64,000 nucleotides of DNA, taken from Atractiella rhizophila. Its lineage: Eukaryota. The DNA lies in NCBI GenBank assembly GCA_021432655.1, contig MU271427.1, positions 1 to 64,000 of the forward strand, given 5' to 3'. The position numbers were made by a program, and so were the translations under genes. The notes under the pieces are model-generated. The model ran no database searches and was not told the DNA's origin. It saw only the letters and a program-made list of their open reading frames with translations. How positions within the stretch are numbered: the stretch's first letter is position 1; each line of letters starts with the position of its first letter. Below, piece by piece: positions 49,172 through 61,847 of this stretch.

Positions 49172-49636
49172 ATGTTCGGTCTCTCCTCCAGCCGTCGTAC
49201 CATCACCCGCGTTGGACCTCGCTCACACCATTCTCACCGACGAGGACTCGGAGGACTGTTTCATAAATCGCACAACAATCGCTCGCATGCTGAGAACCGA
49301 GCCGCACGTTATCAGGTTCGTTCCTCTTCTATTCATTCGTTGTCGCAGGAGACAGAAACTGAGGTGGCAATTCGAACAGGCTGCTATGAACAATTCGAAT
49401 GTTGGAAGGGCAGGAAGGAGGCATGCGAAGAGAGAGTTGAGGATGATGGTTCGTCTCTCGCCTTCTCTCTGAACATTGGGCAATGATGTCCAGGATCTAA
49501 CTTGGTTTGAGGTGGATAGGGACGAGAGCCGAACCATGAGGAGCTCTCGACGAGATTTAGGAGTCTGTTTCATCTGGGAGGGAGGAGGGAGAATAGAAGG
49601 TACCACACTACGACTACGACGAGGACGAGTTATTAA
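49172..49636 (+). CDS. Small basic Arg/His-rich protein, 109 aa, 3 exons, intact
   Basis: Exons 49172-49315, 49380-49448 and 49520-49636 splice in frame over GTTCGT..AG introns: MFGLSSSRR...NRAARYQAAMNNSNVGRAGRRHAKRELRMMGREPNHEE...TTRTSY. Resembles a small basidiomycete hypothetical family (from memory). Confidence 0.85.
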
Positions 49637-50825
49637 AGATTGTCGGTTTTTGGTATCAGGAAAGGGCGGAATGTGTGAATACCAATTTGTGAATAGCTTT
49701 GTTTTCTTGCTCACGCGGCATACGCTTTTTGCTGGCTTTTCTGGAGTTGGCTGTTGTCTAACATAATATAACCTATCCATGAAAGATTTTGCACAATACA
49801 GCCGCGAGAACAGACAGGACTTTGCGCGTAATATGCGGTTAGATGGGATCTAGGATTAACACTTTATTCCGCCGCATAGGTGTCTAATGCTCAGGATTGA
49901 AAAAATTTTCTTTGACACGAACCTCTAGCAAATTGAGGTACGAACAATACATTTCGTCGATGCCGTATTGCCAACGTGATGTCAGCCATTCAGCTTATCA
50001 GTACAACAACGCGCATGAAAGAACGGTTTACGTGCAACAAGCAGCATGATCAATCACGCATGTAACTCGGCAGCCGCATTCTTCGTCGTTCTTCGTCTCT
50101 CTCTCTCAAATCACAAGGTTCAACGGGCTCCTGCCAATATAAAAATGGTTTGAGGAATGGGCCAACTGCCACGGCGTCGCCTTACGTGACAGATATATCC
50201 GGATTTAACTCGTTCCCCTTGTTTGCCCTGTTGTATTCTGTAAAATTTCTTATTCAAAATGGTCACAATAAATTGCATGACGTGATGAACACAATCTACG
50301 GCTGAGGGAGTCACGAGCTCTTAAAGTGCCAACATTTCGGAAGGCTGGAGGCCCGAAAGCATCAACAGAATATAAAGGTGCAGTCTCTCTCTTTCTGATC
50401 GGAGAAAAGAAATTGACTGGATTGGAACACTGATTGAAGATGGCCTCGGCGTTGGTTGTCGGCCTCAGTCATGGCAAATCTGCTGCAAGCTCCTACCCCT
50501 CATCAACCTGTGATTGTGATTGTAGTATGGACCTCTTTTGAATTGAGTTGTAGCCGTCTGACTTTGTTGAAGCTTACAGGAGCTACCATTACTATCACGA
50601 GGTAAATGGCACTAAAGCTGCTGCTATAACAGCAGCCTTTGTGGTGCTCTACATCTCTGCCTTGGTTCGTTATCAGTATCTGGATGGACAGGGAAACTGA
50701 TCCCGCTTAACTTGCAAGGGTGGAATGATTTTTACTTTGAGACGATGCATCAAGAAGAGGCGAGCGGAACAGGGCATGTTGTTGTTCCTGTTGTCATATT
50801 TCAGAGCTTTTTACGGCCAATTGCT

Positions 50826-51066
50826 CATGACGCTCTTCTCCTAGTTGCATCAAAAATCTTTGTTGACTGATCACCGCCTGTCAGGGACTGATATGAGCGT
50901 ATCATGACAAACTCATGAACAATTCACATGATAATTACATTTCCGACTCATGTTCATATCATGTTCATACGATCAAATCATGATTCAGTCATGAAAACAG
51001 ATGAATGAGTTGTGAATTTCATGATAAATCATGAGTAATAACATCAGAGTATGATTCATGACACTG
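50826..51066. repeat. Dense TCATGA palindrome cluster, probably a DNA-transposon end
   Basis: About eight TCATGA plus near-matches in 240 bp. The minus strand starts CAGTGTCATGAATC at 51066. Confidence 0.6.
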
Positions 51067-51099
51067 TATATGAATTACCCAGCCTTCCTACATTCTTTT

Positions 51100-54000
51100 G
51101 TACGGCTCTTGAGAATGGAGAGTAGCGTTGAATTGTGCTCCAGTAGCCGTCCAGCATTATACCACAACCCAAGTGTAATTCTAGCCCTGAATTTGTCTTC
51201 AGAGAGGTTGTGGTGCAGATAAGGGATGGAGAGTCGGCCGCCGCTAAAGGAGCGCTCGCAATCTGTACCTATGGCTACTCCTTGTTTCAGTCAAGCCCAT
51301 CAACTATGACCAGTGCGTACTAGGACAGGAATGTACTGCTAATGCGAGGCGGGCAAGATCAGGATATGAGGACCCCCTTGCTTTCTTCTCCCACCATCCT
51401 AACAAATCAAAAACTTGTGTTGAAGGACAAGGTGGACTTGATCCTTGATTAATCTTGATTGGTGCCACCTTCCGTTTACATTTCTTCCAGTAACCCAAAT
51501 CCTCTGAGAATTTAAGCAGAGAAGAATAAGGTATAAACCAGAGGCCACAAACATCTTCTTCGTCCAAGTCCTCCACATATTTGGGTGGCTAAGAGTGGTA
51601 ACAGAGAGTGTCTCCATAACTCTAGGAGCAAATGCCTCAACTCATCACGAAGTGTTGTCTCCACATCCTCCACCCAGATGTCCAACCATTCCCATGCATG
51701 GAAATACTCAAGTTTATGGAAAGGATGAAGCACTTTCTTCCAAAGTCAATGTAGTAATAAAAGTGAAAGATCAAAACCGTACCAATTGCCAATTTATACA
51801 CAGAAGACTCCCTGCAAACCTTTGTATAGTAGCAGTTCAGAGCCTGTAACCTTTCCATGCCCCAAATATGGAGAGAGGTCAGATCGATAATGGTAATCAC
51901 TCAACTTGTAGTAACAGTCAAGAAGAGATTGGCGGTACTCTTCTCCAGAAAGGTATCTGAGAGCTTTGAGATTTCTTGTTTTAAGAATCCAAGGAGCGAG
52001 TGGTAGATACCGAGTGTTTGAAAGAGGCAGGAAATCTTGCTCATTGACATATCATATGTCGGTCTAAATACATTTCGATACTTTGTATCTGAGGCTGAGA
52101 TCTAGCATGTCATGGGTTGATCCCCACCTTGTCCAAATATCAAGGATAAGCATGCGAAGAGATTCATCTGAGAGGCTTTCAAGCTTCTTCAGAGCATCCT
52201 CCAAAAGATCCAACCAACTCTTTTGACGTTGAGGAGATCCACGGACATGTTTGATGATAGCTCACAACTTTCATTGATTAGCTTTGATAGCAAGCAGACC
52301 AGTGAGCAAGCATACCTTAGGTAATGCTCCCATGATCTCGTTCAAGTCTGTTTCTATTTTGTTCAGTTCCTCCTCACCCAGCTTTGCACCATTATCCTCG
52401 GCAAGGCTGGGATCCTCTGTCACGCATTCATGGTAGTTTGCATCCCTTGTGACTATGCCAACTTCGCACTGCTTTGTTTTGCAGGCAGACTTGGGCCAGA
52501 CATTGAGGAAGTCAAGCAGGGCAATGACAGCAAGGTGGATGATATGCGGCATGCAAAGAATGTGCCTTTCAACTGCATCGAAATTGATGCCTCGCTTCTT
52601 CAGCCGCTGCTCAATTCCACTCATTGTAGTCTTGTTGTTAGAAGCACCATCTGTAGTAAAGCAACCGACCTACAGTCATTGTAAGAGAATCTTGAGCAGT
52701 TGAATGAAGTAAATGCGTACCAGACTAGCAAGTCCAAATTTGTCCACCACCTTCATAATCACATCGGCCATATTCTCCCCTGAATGTGCTCCTACAAGCT
52801 CTTCAAACCCCAAAACAACCTCTACTAGCTCCCAGTCCTTGTTGATGAATTGGCCAATAAGGCAGAGGAATGCATAGTGATTCTCAGAAGTCCAGTTGTC
52901 AAGAGAGAGGTGAACTTTTGACCCGGAGTCCTTCTTCCAGAATCAGAAGATAACACCATGATCAAGGAGAAGGAACTGACTTTCAACATTTGCACAACGT
53001 CCTGGCTGCTCGTCTCCGCAAACGTGTGAATTCGGTCCTTGAGAACCTGACGGCTCGGTAGCTCCAGTAATATTTTTGAAGAACCGTCATCCACAAAGCG
53101 CATGCCCCCTTTTTCAAGATCTGTAATCTGAATTTCATTTGCAGAAGGCAGTGTCCACTGGAGGTAGATAAAAAGTTCTTGCAGAGCTGGACTATCAACA
53201 ATCGAAAAGGGGAGGTCTTCTTCCACAATGAGACGGTTGAGAAGATCAGCAAAGATGGTTGGCTCAAAGGTCTACAAACTTCTTAGTATGAGTTAACATT
53301 ATTCCGCGAAAGTCATACCTACGATTCATATTTCTGTGCCACCCTCCGCAGAATTTCATCGATTCCTCTGGCCTTCTTTCTCGAGTTTTGCCCGTCTTTT
53401 CGTTTGATCTATTCTCAGCTTGCATCAGAAGGTACTATCTGCTCCATTGATATGAAGACACAAACCGGTACTGTTCCCGCTGCCTTCCGAAGTTCCTCCT
53501 CTGTAATCTCCATCTTGCTTGCTCGCTTCTCCTTTAGGAGGGCAAAGAACCGAGCTACCGTTCTCCCATGGTGGTCAGATAGATGATGGCAGAGCGTCTT
53601 CGTATTTCCATTGCTGGCCATGCTGGATCGAAGGACCGTGACACAGTGATTACAGCGAAAATATTTGTCGCCCGTCTTGTGTTTTGTTTTGAGATAACCA
53701 GGAACCTCACTCCAATTGATGGAATGGTAGAAATAGTGGACACCGTGGGTTGTGCGTGATCAACGGGAATCTGTTATAAGATTAGAATTACATAGTGACG
53801 GCAGGGATGTAAGGACATACGGGGTCTTCGTTCTCTGGTACATCTGGTACTGGTATGTTGGCCATAAACGTCGATTTTGTAACTGAATCTCCACCAGAAT
53901 TAAGCTGTTACAAACCAAGGTCTCATCAGTTACTTCACACATATGTTGTAGAACATACCTTCCTCCGCTTGTTCTTCTTTGATCCTTCTATTTTCAGAGG

Positions 54001-55108
54001 CAATATCTCTGCAATTTCGTCCCCATCAATTGCATCAGGCACCAGCTCCATCCTCAGGTCTTCTCTTTTGTCCTCATCCTGCTCCTTTTGATCCGGCATA
54101 AAGAGCTGGTCAGGTCCCATCAAATCAACTAAACCTTCGGAAAGTAGAGTGGCATGGATGTGTTCTGCTGCAGCACAGAGGCAGGCTTTGCGAGCACACA
54201 AAGTCACCTCAGGGACGGAGGAAACTTGCTGAAGTCGTTTCCAGAGGGTTGCAAACGCTTTGAGCTCATCTTGATATCCAATGTTGATAGAGGATGAAGG
54301 GTGCCATCCTGAGAATGTAGCATGGAAGGGATCATCATTATCTTCTGCCTGGGCATCAAGCTGATCCAAAAGAGCGACAGTTTTCTTATACAGAGCTGAT
54401 GTTTTCTATGGAACTATTAACATTGATACAGATACTCATACAGTGGAAAGAGACTAGCGTACAGTGTCAGCATACCGAGGGACTAGCAGAGACCAAAGCT
54501 TCGATGAATTCGTATCCAGGGATTTCGTGCAACCTTTAACTCCAATTCAACCACTACCAGCCACAGTCACTGGCACTCACTTCTCCTCCAAATCTTTCTT
54601 CTGCTGCTGCTCACTCAATGCAGTGCCATCCTCGTTATTCCACTTTGACATGTCTTTCAAAGTCCGCTGTCGCTGAGTCCTTCTGTGGCCTTGTGGAGCC
54701 ATTTTGAAGTGGATGATGATGGAGGAGGGTCGGTGGCTTTTATGGATCGGAATGTGGGAGATATGTTACAGTATTGTTTCATTTAACTGCAACTCAATGT
54801 ATTCATATTTCCTGAAGATCAGAGCATCCAAGAGTACTCACTTTCATCTGGCTTGACAGAAGCACGAGCAAATTCACTAGAACTTGTTCGATCAAAATCC
54901 CACAAATGGGCCAAACCTTTGAGCAATCTTATGCAGCCTAACCTGCTCCAGCTACCATACTACACAGATCTTCTCGGTAGAAATGCACGGGATCGTAAAT
55001 TGAGGTCGTATCGTATCGTAACGTCGTGGGTGGTCAGACATCAAGGAGAGCCGGGTACGAGAACACGTATCGTACGCCCTGGTCATGACGGGACGATCTC
55101 TATCTCTA
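51100..55108 (-). mobile_element. hAT transposon, decayed intron-containing transposase
   Basis: BED-finger-like NGNTKTLCHHLSDHH; EEDLPFSIVDSP; HILCMPHIIHLAV; LHPFHKLEYF; dimerisation motif DLLGWW...YPDLARLALAVHSCP...CERSFS. Terminus TAGAGATAG at 55108 with CGTA/TACG sub-terminal repeats. Confidence 0.88.
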
Positions 55109-55109
55109 G

Positions 55110-56770
55110 GAACAATATTGCTAAAACAATGTTGACAGAGTTTTCACATATTGTCAGGAAAACCTCAACATTACTGCAGACCTTATTTATCCTAAGGCTC
55201 CTCAATTCCTTACCTGGAAGTCAGGCTCCTACTGTTGGAAAATCCGGGAGAGGCAAGAAGCTATTGGCCGTATCTGCCATGATGTGGTGTCACAAGGGGA
55301 GTTATTGTATATTCAAATGGTTCTGCATCAAGTCACCAGCCCAAAATCTTTGAGGATATCCAGACAGTAGAGGGAACTGTCTGTTAGACGGTCAAGGCTA
55401 CATGTGTGGCTCTTGGGCTGTTAGAAAGTAACAAAGAATGGGATTATTGTCTCAATGAAGCCAGCACATTTAAAATGGCTTGTGATGTAATCTCTGTTTG
55501 TCTACACTCTGCTATTCAGAGTTGCCAGCAAACCCAGAAGATTATGGAACAGCCATCATGAGCGACTTAGTGAGGATCGTAAATACCTTTTACGGACAAA
55601 ATATGGTATAGACAATCCAACAAACGAGCAAATTATCAGCTTCTGTCTCCTCAAAATTGAAGGTCTTGTCCAGGCTCATGGTAGATCCCTAGACTTTGGA
55701 CTACCACAACCCGCAGAGTGACTAGAAAGATGGGGAGGTGAGACAAGGATTATTGGAGAAAAACGTGCATATGATCGACCACTACTTCAGGTATGAATTC
55801 AGACAGAGGAATCTGGACCAACATCATGCCTATGACATGATTGTAGAAGCATGGCAAAGTGGAAATGGTGGATTATTTTTATTGATGGTCCAGGAGGGAC
55901 TGGAAAGACTTTTGTTGAAAACCTACTACTTGCCAGGAGTCCTCCCTCTCACAGTGAATATGCTCCTGCTCCGTTGTCAGGCCGAAATGAGCAGCCCAGA
56001 CTTTGCTATTGCCTCTGGCTTTGCTGAATGGTTGTTGTCAGTTGGTAATGCACCAACCGATAACCCGGAAGACTGTGGCTGTGGTTCATTGACTATGAAG
56101 GACCAAACAATAGTCTGGCGATCCTATGGTCTGGACGGTCTCCTTGACTGACATCTACCCTGGACTGAGCACCATAACACAAGATGTCAACGCAATCGAG
56201 TTGAGGCAACTTTCAAGAGCGCATGGTCCTTACGGCCCGGAATGTTGATGTTGACATCATAAACGATCAGCTTATTTGACAATTCGTCTCCTGACAGGAA
56301 TGAATCTACCTTACTGCTGACCGATTAATGGATGACAGTGAGAATGTTCAACAAGGCTTCACAGTTGAATACCTCAATACTCTCAATATGATGGGTCTCC
56401 CTCTTCATCGTCTTCATCTCAAAGTTGGAGCCCCTATCATTCTAATACACAACCTCAATCCTTCAGCTGGGCTCTGTAATGGTACATGGTTGATCATCAT
56501 CCTGGTGCCCTTATAAATCATTGAGGCTACCATCATTACAGGCTCATTCACAGGCACCTCAGTCCTTATCCCACGCATTGCATTGGATAGCAAGTTATCC
56601 AATTCATTCCCGTTTACCTTACAGCGGTTTCAATTCCCTGTCAAATTGGCTTTCTGTCTCACCATGAACAAGTCACAAGGCCAGCTGGTGGAGACTGTTG
56701 GATTATATTTGGGCACACCAGTTTTTGCATATGGACAACTTTATGTAGGACTTTCTAGAGTTTTCAAGAA
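55110..56770 (+). mobile_element. Third Helitron helicase remnant, internally deleted
   Basis: AYDMIVEAWQSGNGGLF; LHLKVGAPIILIHNLNPSAGLCNGT; QFPVKLAFCLTMNKSQGQ; YGQLYVGLSR. Most similar to the 38960-40490 module. Confidence 0.88.
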
Positions 56771-57099
56771 GGTCATCAGCCAAAGGTCCAATGAACAGTA
56801 CAACCCCATCAATGTCAGACTTAGGTGAACATGCGTACAGTCACCCTTCACCAGGCACAGGTACGGAGGGAAATGGGATAAGAGACCCTGTTGGTGTGTT
56901 GCTGATGACAGGTTCACCACTTGCTGTACTCGGGGTGCCTGGGTTTGCATTGATGGTAAATGTGCTGATGTGCGACTCGTTCCGTCCTCATATATTGTGA
57001 TCGCCTGAGTATCAACATTCGAGAACTAAAGACACTGACTAGTCCAATAAAATGGCTAATCCTAGTTGAAGGGGTGATAGGCAGCTCCACCATGGTCAA

Positions 57100-60000
57100 G
57101 CCGTCCGTTAAGGTGACTGGAGGGGAGAGAGGAGAGTTTGAGAGGAGCTCGATGGATGAGGTGGTGGTAGTGTAGGCGAGGAGGAGGCGGCCTGTTGGAT
57201 GGAGACGGTGGATAGGATGTCCGAGAGATCCCCGGATGATGAAAGTCCAAAGTTCATTCCATCCGCGACATAGGTAAGGAGAGAATAGACGGACCAGGAC
57301 ACTTTAAGCTGATCCCTGTGGTAAAGACAGTCCCGGAGGTAGGGAAAGTGATATCAGGCGAGTACGATGTAATCTACCTTCCCTTCAGGTCTGCCCGAGG
57401 ATAATGCAGAAAGTCTCTCTCATTGTTGAGGATGAATGGAGATCCCATAACGGCACCACAGCAAGCGAAGAGAGAGGGCACAAACATCAACATAGCCACT
57501 GCCACCTCCGATGGTATATTGCTGTAGCAAGGAGTTAGAAATGGCTGCGGTTCCCTCATTGGTGCACACAGCTCCAAGGTGGTGCCTCTCCATGCATCAA
57601 ACTTTATCTCCACTATCTCTTGCATCAAGATCTTTAACCCCTTCTCCTCCGTTTTGATTGATTACTGACTCCCTCATCCATCAAGATAGCATGGCACTAA
57701 GAAGGGATTCAGCTGTTCAACTTGAGGCTCGCACCTCCTGATCGTCTGATGCTCTGTTTAGAAGTCTCCCACTGTACCAGCTATGTACCCATTGTACTTC
57801 TTCTCTTGAGGAATCTGTTAAACCCAAGTAAGCTGCCTCATCGGCCTCCGATGAAGACAGGGGTTCATTGCATTTGTTGAGGTGACTCCACCAAGAATAA
57901 TCACAACAACCACCACCAACGGCCGCTGTGAAAATGTGAACGACATGAACCTGCTCCCATTGCATCCTGCAGCTCCTAACCCTCTCGGCTAGGGTTAAGA
58001 AGGAGATCCGTGGATGGGTTATAGTACGTCAAATGTGAGGCATTGAGATGAGTGGGAATCTGTCAAAAAGTTCCAGTAAGTTCTGGCGACTTGTGGCCCA
58101 TGTCGAGTCAAAGAGCGCATCGCATTGAGGCAGAGTAGTTTTGTTAAGGAAGAAGGAGGTGTTCAAGGTATTATCCATGGTAGATGTCGGAGTCCGGCCA
58201 TGGAATACCTGGCTGCTGGATTGAGGGATCCGTATGGCCCATATTCAACAACACAACCTCAGCCCGAGACTGAGATATAAAAGGGAAGATGGTGTCCCAT
58301 TCCTCTCACTCATATCTGCTACAATCTGAAAACTTTCGCATACTCTAACCAGTGGAGAATTGTTGTGAATCCCTTTCAGGCTCCTTGCTTCTGGTACTTG
58401 TCTGACTGTACTATGTAAGCAAAGGTGGAACATCGCTACATCATTGAGGTGGGTGGAGAACAATACACCCTTCCTGAACAGCTTGTCTTTGCTGTCCTTG
58501 GAAGATTGCTTGCCCGTTCGTTCTTTTGGCTTCATCTGTCCTGATAGCAAGTGTTGATGGATGGGACAAGGTGTCATTAACATCCATCCTAGTTTGTGAA
58601 GCATGTCCAGCTCCTTGGCCTTCCATTGTCATAGTAGAGACAAGTTCATCACTCCCTTTTTCGAATCACATGAAGGACATGTTTCTCCTCCCTAACTTCT
58701 GATGTTTGATCTCCAGAAATGGACAATCGGATGTCAATGAATTTGCTGTTTTTTTGCACCTCTCCTTGATTAGCCAGGATGTCCACCGCTCCTTTCCTCC
58801 TTTTTAGTCTCCCAAGAGAGTGAATACAATCACGATACAATATGAGTACATCAGTAGGTTTCCAATTTCAAATTTCAAATCCAATGAGAGCGAGCCTTCG
58901 CAGCAAAATAAATCTAACGAACCTTCAGATCTGCTTCTCTGTTCTTCACTGACACTCCCTCTACTTTGAAAAATGTCCCTTAGATCACATTCAGAATGAA
59001 CTCTTTCCTAGCCACAAAATTTGGATCAGTGAAGCTTTGAAGGAACACAAGCATTCGTTGTATTGTTGAGCTGAAGGTTGAGAGGGATGAAAGGTGTCCT
59101 TAAGGCAACTAAGTAACTTGTGAGTAGACATTCGTGGGATTTCAACAAGTAGGAAGGATCAACATCGAAGGATTATTATCTGCACAGTGCTCAGTATGCA
59201 TGAAAGCGCTGAAGATCTAGCTTGTAGATCGTTCGATCCAGCGCATTTAGAATTACGGTCTGATCCAGCGCATCGAAAAACGCCCGTTTGGCCCTCGGTA
59301 AAATGAAGAGTATGTCCCATCACTCCCAGCACCTGTGGACTTCAGCTTAACATCTATCCATTGCACAAACTTTTAATACAACATGGAAGCATCACTCAAC
59401 ACACACACAAGCCAGTGGAGAATTGTTGTAAGTTTTCGTCATCAGTTATGGGCAGTGGAATTGGATGGGGACAAAGGATGGGGGCTGGAACTGGGAAACT
59501 CTCACAATACACATCAATCAATCAGGGGGTGGTAACGATGGAGCTTTCATAAGGGAAGCAGCAAAAAACTGGTCGCCATTCCGTTATTCTTTGAGTACAC
59601 TCATGAGTACGTTTCCATCTCAGACGATGTATACAACATTGAAGAAATGAATCTAAACTCAATTCGGGGAGCCTACGTTTCTTGACGTTCCGAAAAAATG
59701 CTGTGGTATCCGATTGTGTCATTCCTTGAAAAAGGCATGGGCAGCCATTTCATAGTCGAATTCGCTTTTGAATGGATGATAGGGAGGAAGAGTCAGAACT
59801 TCACTAGCAGAGGGCGTGATAGATGGACGGTCATGACGTGAATCTGGGTGATGGTACTGGAAGTATGGGCTGCCGAGATGTTCTTTCAGATCTCTATCTT
59901 CATCCTCATTGGAACTGAAGCTGGATGGAGATAGGGATGATAAGTTGTCACCTAAGGTAGATAGGATACCAGATGGAAGTGGTGTGGAGGAGAACTGCCT

Positions 60001-60450
60001 AGAGGCCAACTGTTGACCAGGGTGCCGAAATCTCGCCCTTGATTCAGCAATTCGATCACTTTGTTTTGGATTTCGAATGGTTTAATATCAGAACACAGAC
60101 AGACCTTGAGTATCTTGCATGGCAGTGTATGGGGATGTGTCAATGCCATCTTTGCATTCTTCTGAGAAGTCTGATTCTGAGATCATATGCTCTGTCTTGA
60201 AAACTCTTCAGCATCTCGTCCTAGCTTAATCAGCAATATGCCCACATCTTCATTCCTTCCTGCCATTCTTCCATTTACTTTTACCGCCTTCCAACCTGCT
60301 GCATGTAGAACAATTGGATGTTGGCTCGTACGACGTTTCTTGAGCCAGCCTTTGGCAGGCAAGAAGACTTGATGGCAATCAGGGCATTCCACTTGATTGC
60401 TTGGTAGTTTCTTGATCGCATTGATTCTAGTGTAGCGAGGAGCCTTTTGA
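57100..60450 (-). mobile_element. Probable Plavaka-like transposase remnant, very decayed
   Basis: N-terminal C2H2-like CPDCHQVF....LKKRRTSQH, then PYHPFKSEFDYEMA. The rest is fragmented and limits are approximate. Confidence 0.42.
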
Positions 60451-61847
60451 TTCGAACCAGCACTGAAAATGTAGAAAGAGCTGAAAAGACAATGAGGAAG
60501 TTGTTGTTTTGATAGACGCGTGACGTGTTGCATGACTTCACAATGTTTACTTTGGCACAGCAGGCTTGAAAAGCTGATCCCTTCTGCTTTCCTTGCACTT
60601 GAACAATGTGACTACTCGTGCTTCTCAATATTTCTGAGAGCCTGAGGGAATCATGTCAGACCAAGAAAATAATACAAGAAGAGCTTATAAGAGGAAGTAA
60701 AGAATGTTGAAAGCTCAAGTGTGTCGTCTTCCCTTATTATGAAAGGAAAGGTTATAGGGCAAGGCATAGCTGGCCGAGGAATAAAAGAGCTCAGTCTGCT
60801 CCAGAACATTGTATCAAGGGGCAGTGGGAAGAAGAGCATGCTCAACTGTAAGAGCAACTGGCTGCTCTGTAAGAAGCTGTGCACTTTGCCAGCAATGAAA
60901 CTCCCTCAAAACGACATCATTCTACTCGTGTTATGCCTACAGCACCCACTAGGCTAGCAAAGATCTAAGCATATCACGCTGGAAAGGCATCTGTCCTTTT
61001 GTATCACCCTTGGGTGATGAGGTTCGAAAACATTTTTCCTGCAACGATCAGAGGTTACAGAATGTGAGGAGGACAGAGAGATTGATGGTGTTTCAGATAA
61101 TGAGGAAGGCGACCAGGATGAGGATGAGGATGAGATCAGGGAGAAGAAGAGAAGAAATCAGATGTGGGAGGTTTGTCGTCAATATTATAAATCCAACCTT
61201 ATCAAGTTCATCCTTGGCCGCATACTGCTCAATTCTGGTTCGTTCCTTTATTTATCCCTTCATGCTAATTTTCAAGGATAAGTAGGCACGTTATGCCTTA
61301 AGCGCTGACTCCATCTTTGCGGCCGAAGGAAGAGTGCCAATCCTTTCAATGCATAACGGGTGAACAATTGTCCGGACTATTTTCAACGCACCATCACACA
61401 CTCAAAAGCATTCAGGGTCGACATGCCGACAAGTTCCATCATCTCTGGAACCGGGAAGTATTCCCTTGTGATGATGCAAGAGAAAACGGTATTACCCTGC
61501 ATGACGAAACTGCCGACAATAAAGATATTTTGGATGGATTCGGTATGGATTTTACAGAGGAGCGAGGTGGGGAGAATGTAGAGTAATAGATCACTTCTAA
61601 CATAATGGAACATTCTTGTGCATAGATCATGAATTGCAAGTGTCTCAATTTAAGACATGGCAAGGATCTACCCACAAACATCTATGCATTGCTCAGCACT
61701 CCGTCCAATATCTCCCATTTTTACCGAACTTCTATTTCTAATTTGAATCAATGCATGGGAGGAGTGATGGAGATGGACACATACTTTTAGTAAATAAGCA
61801 AGTCCCTCACGCTTACTCCTCTGATGAGCAGTTAACCCCTAAGGTTT

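Noticed and set aside
28390..55108. One giant 26.7-kb hAT bounded by TAGGGATGG and TAGAGATAG ends
   Set aside because: The ends match at only about 16 of 21 nt and the 8-bp flanks differ (TTCGTCTT vs GGAACAAT). Two separate related elements are more likely.
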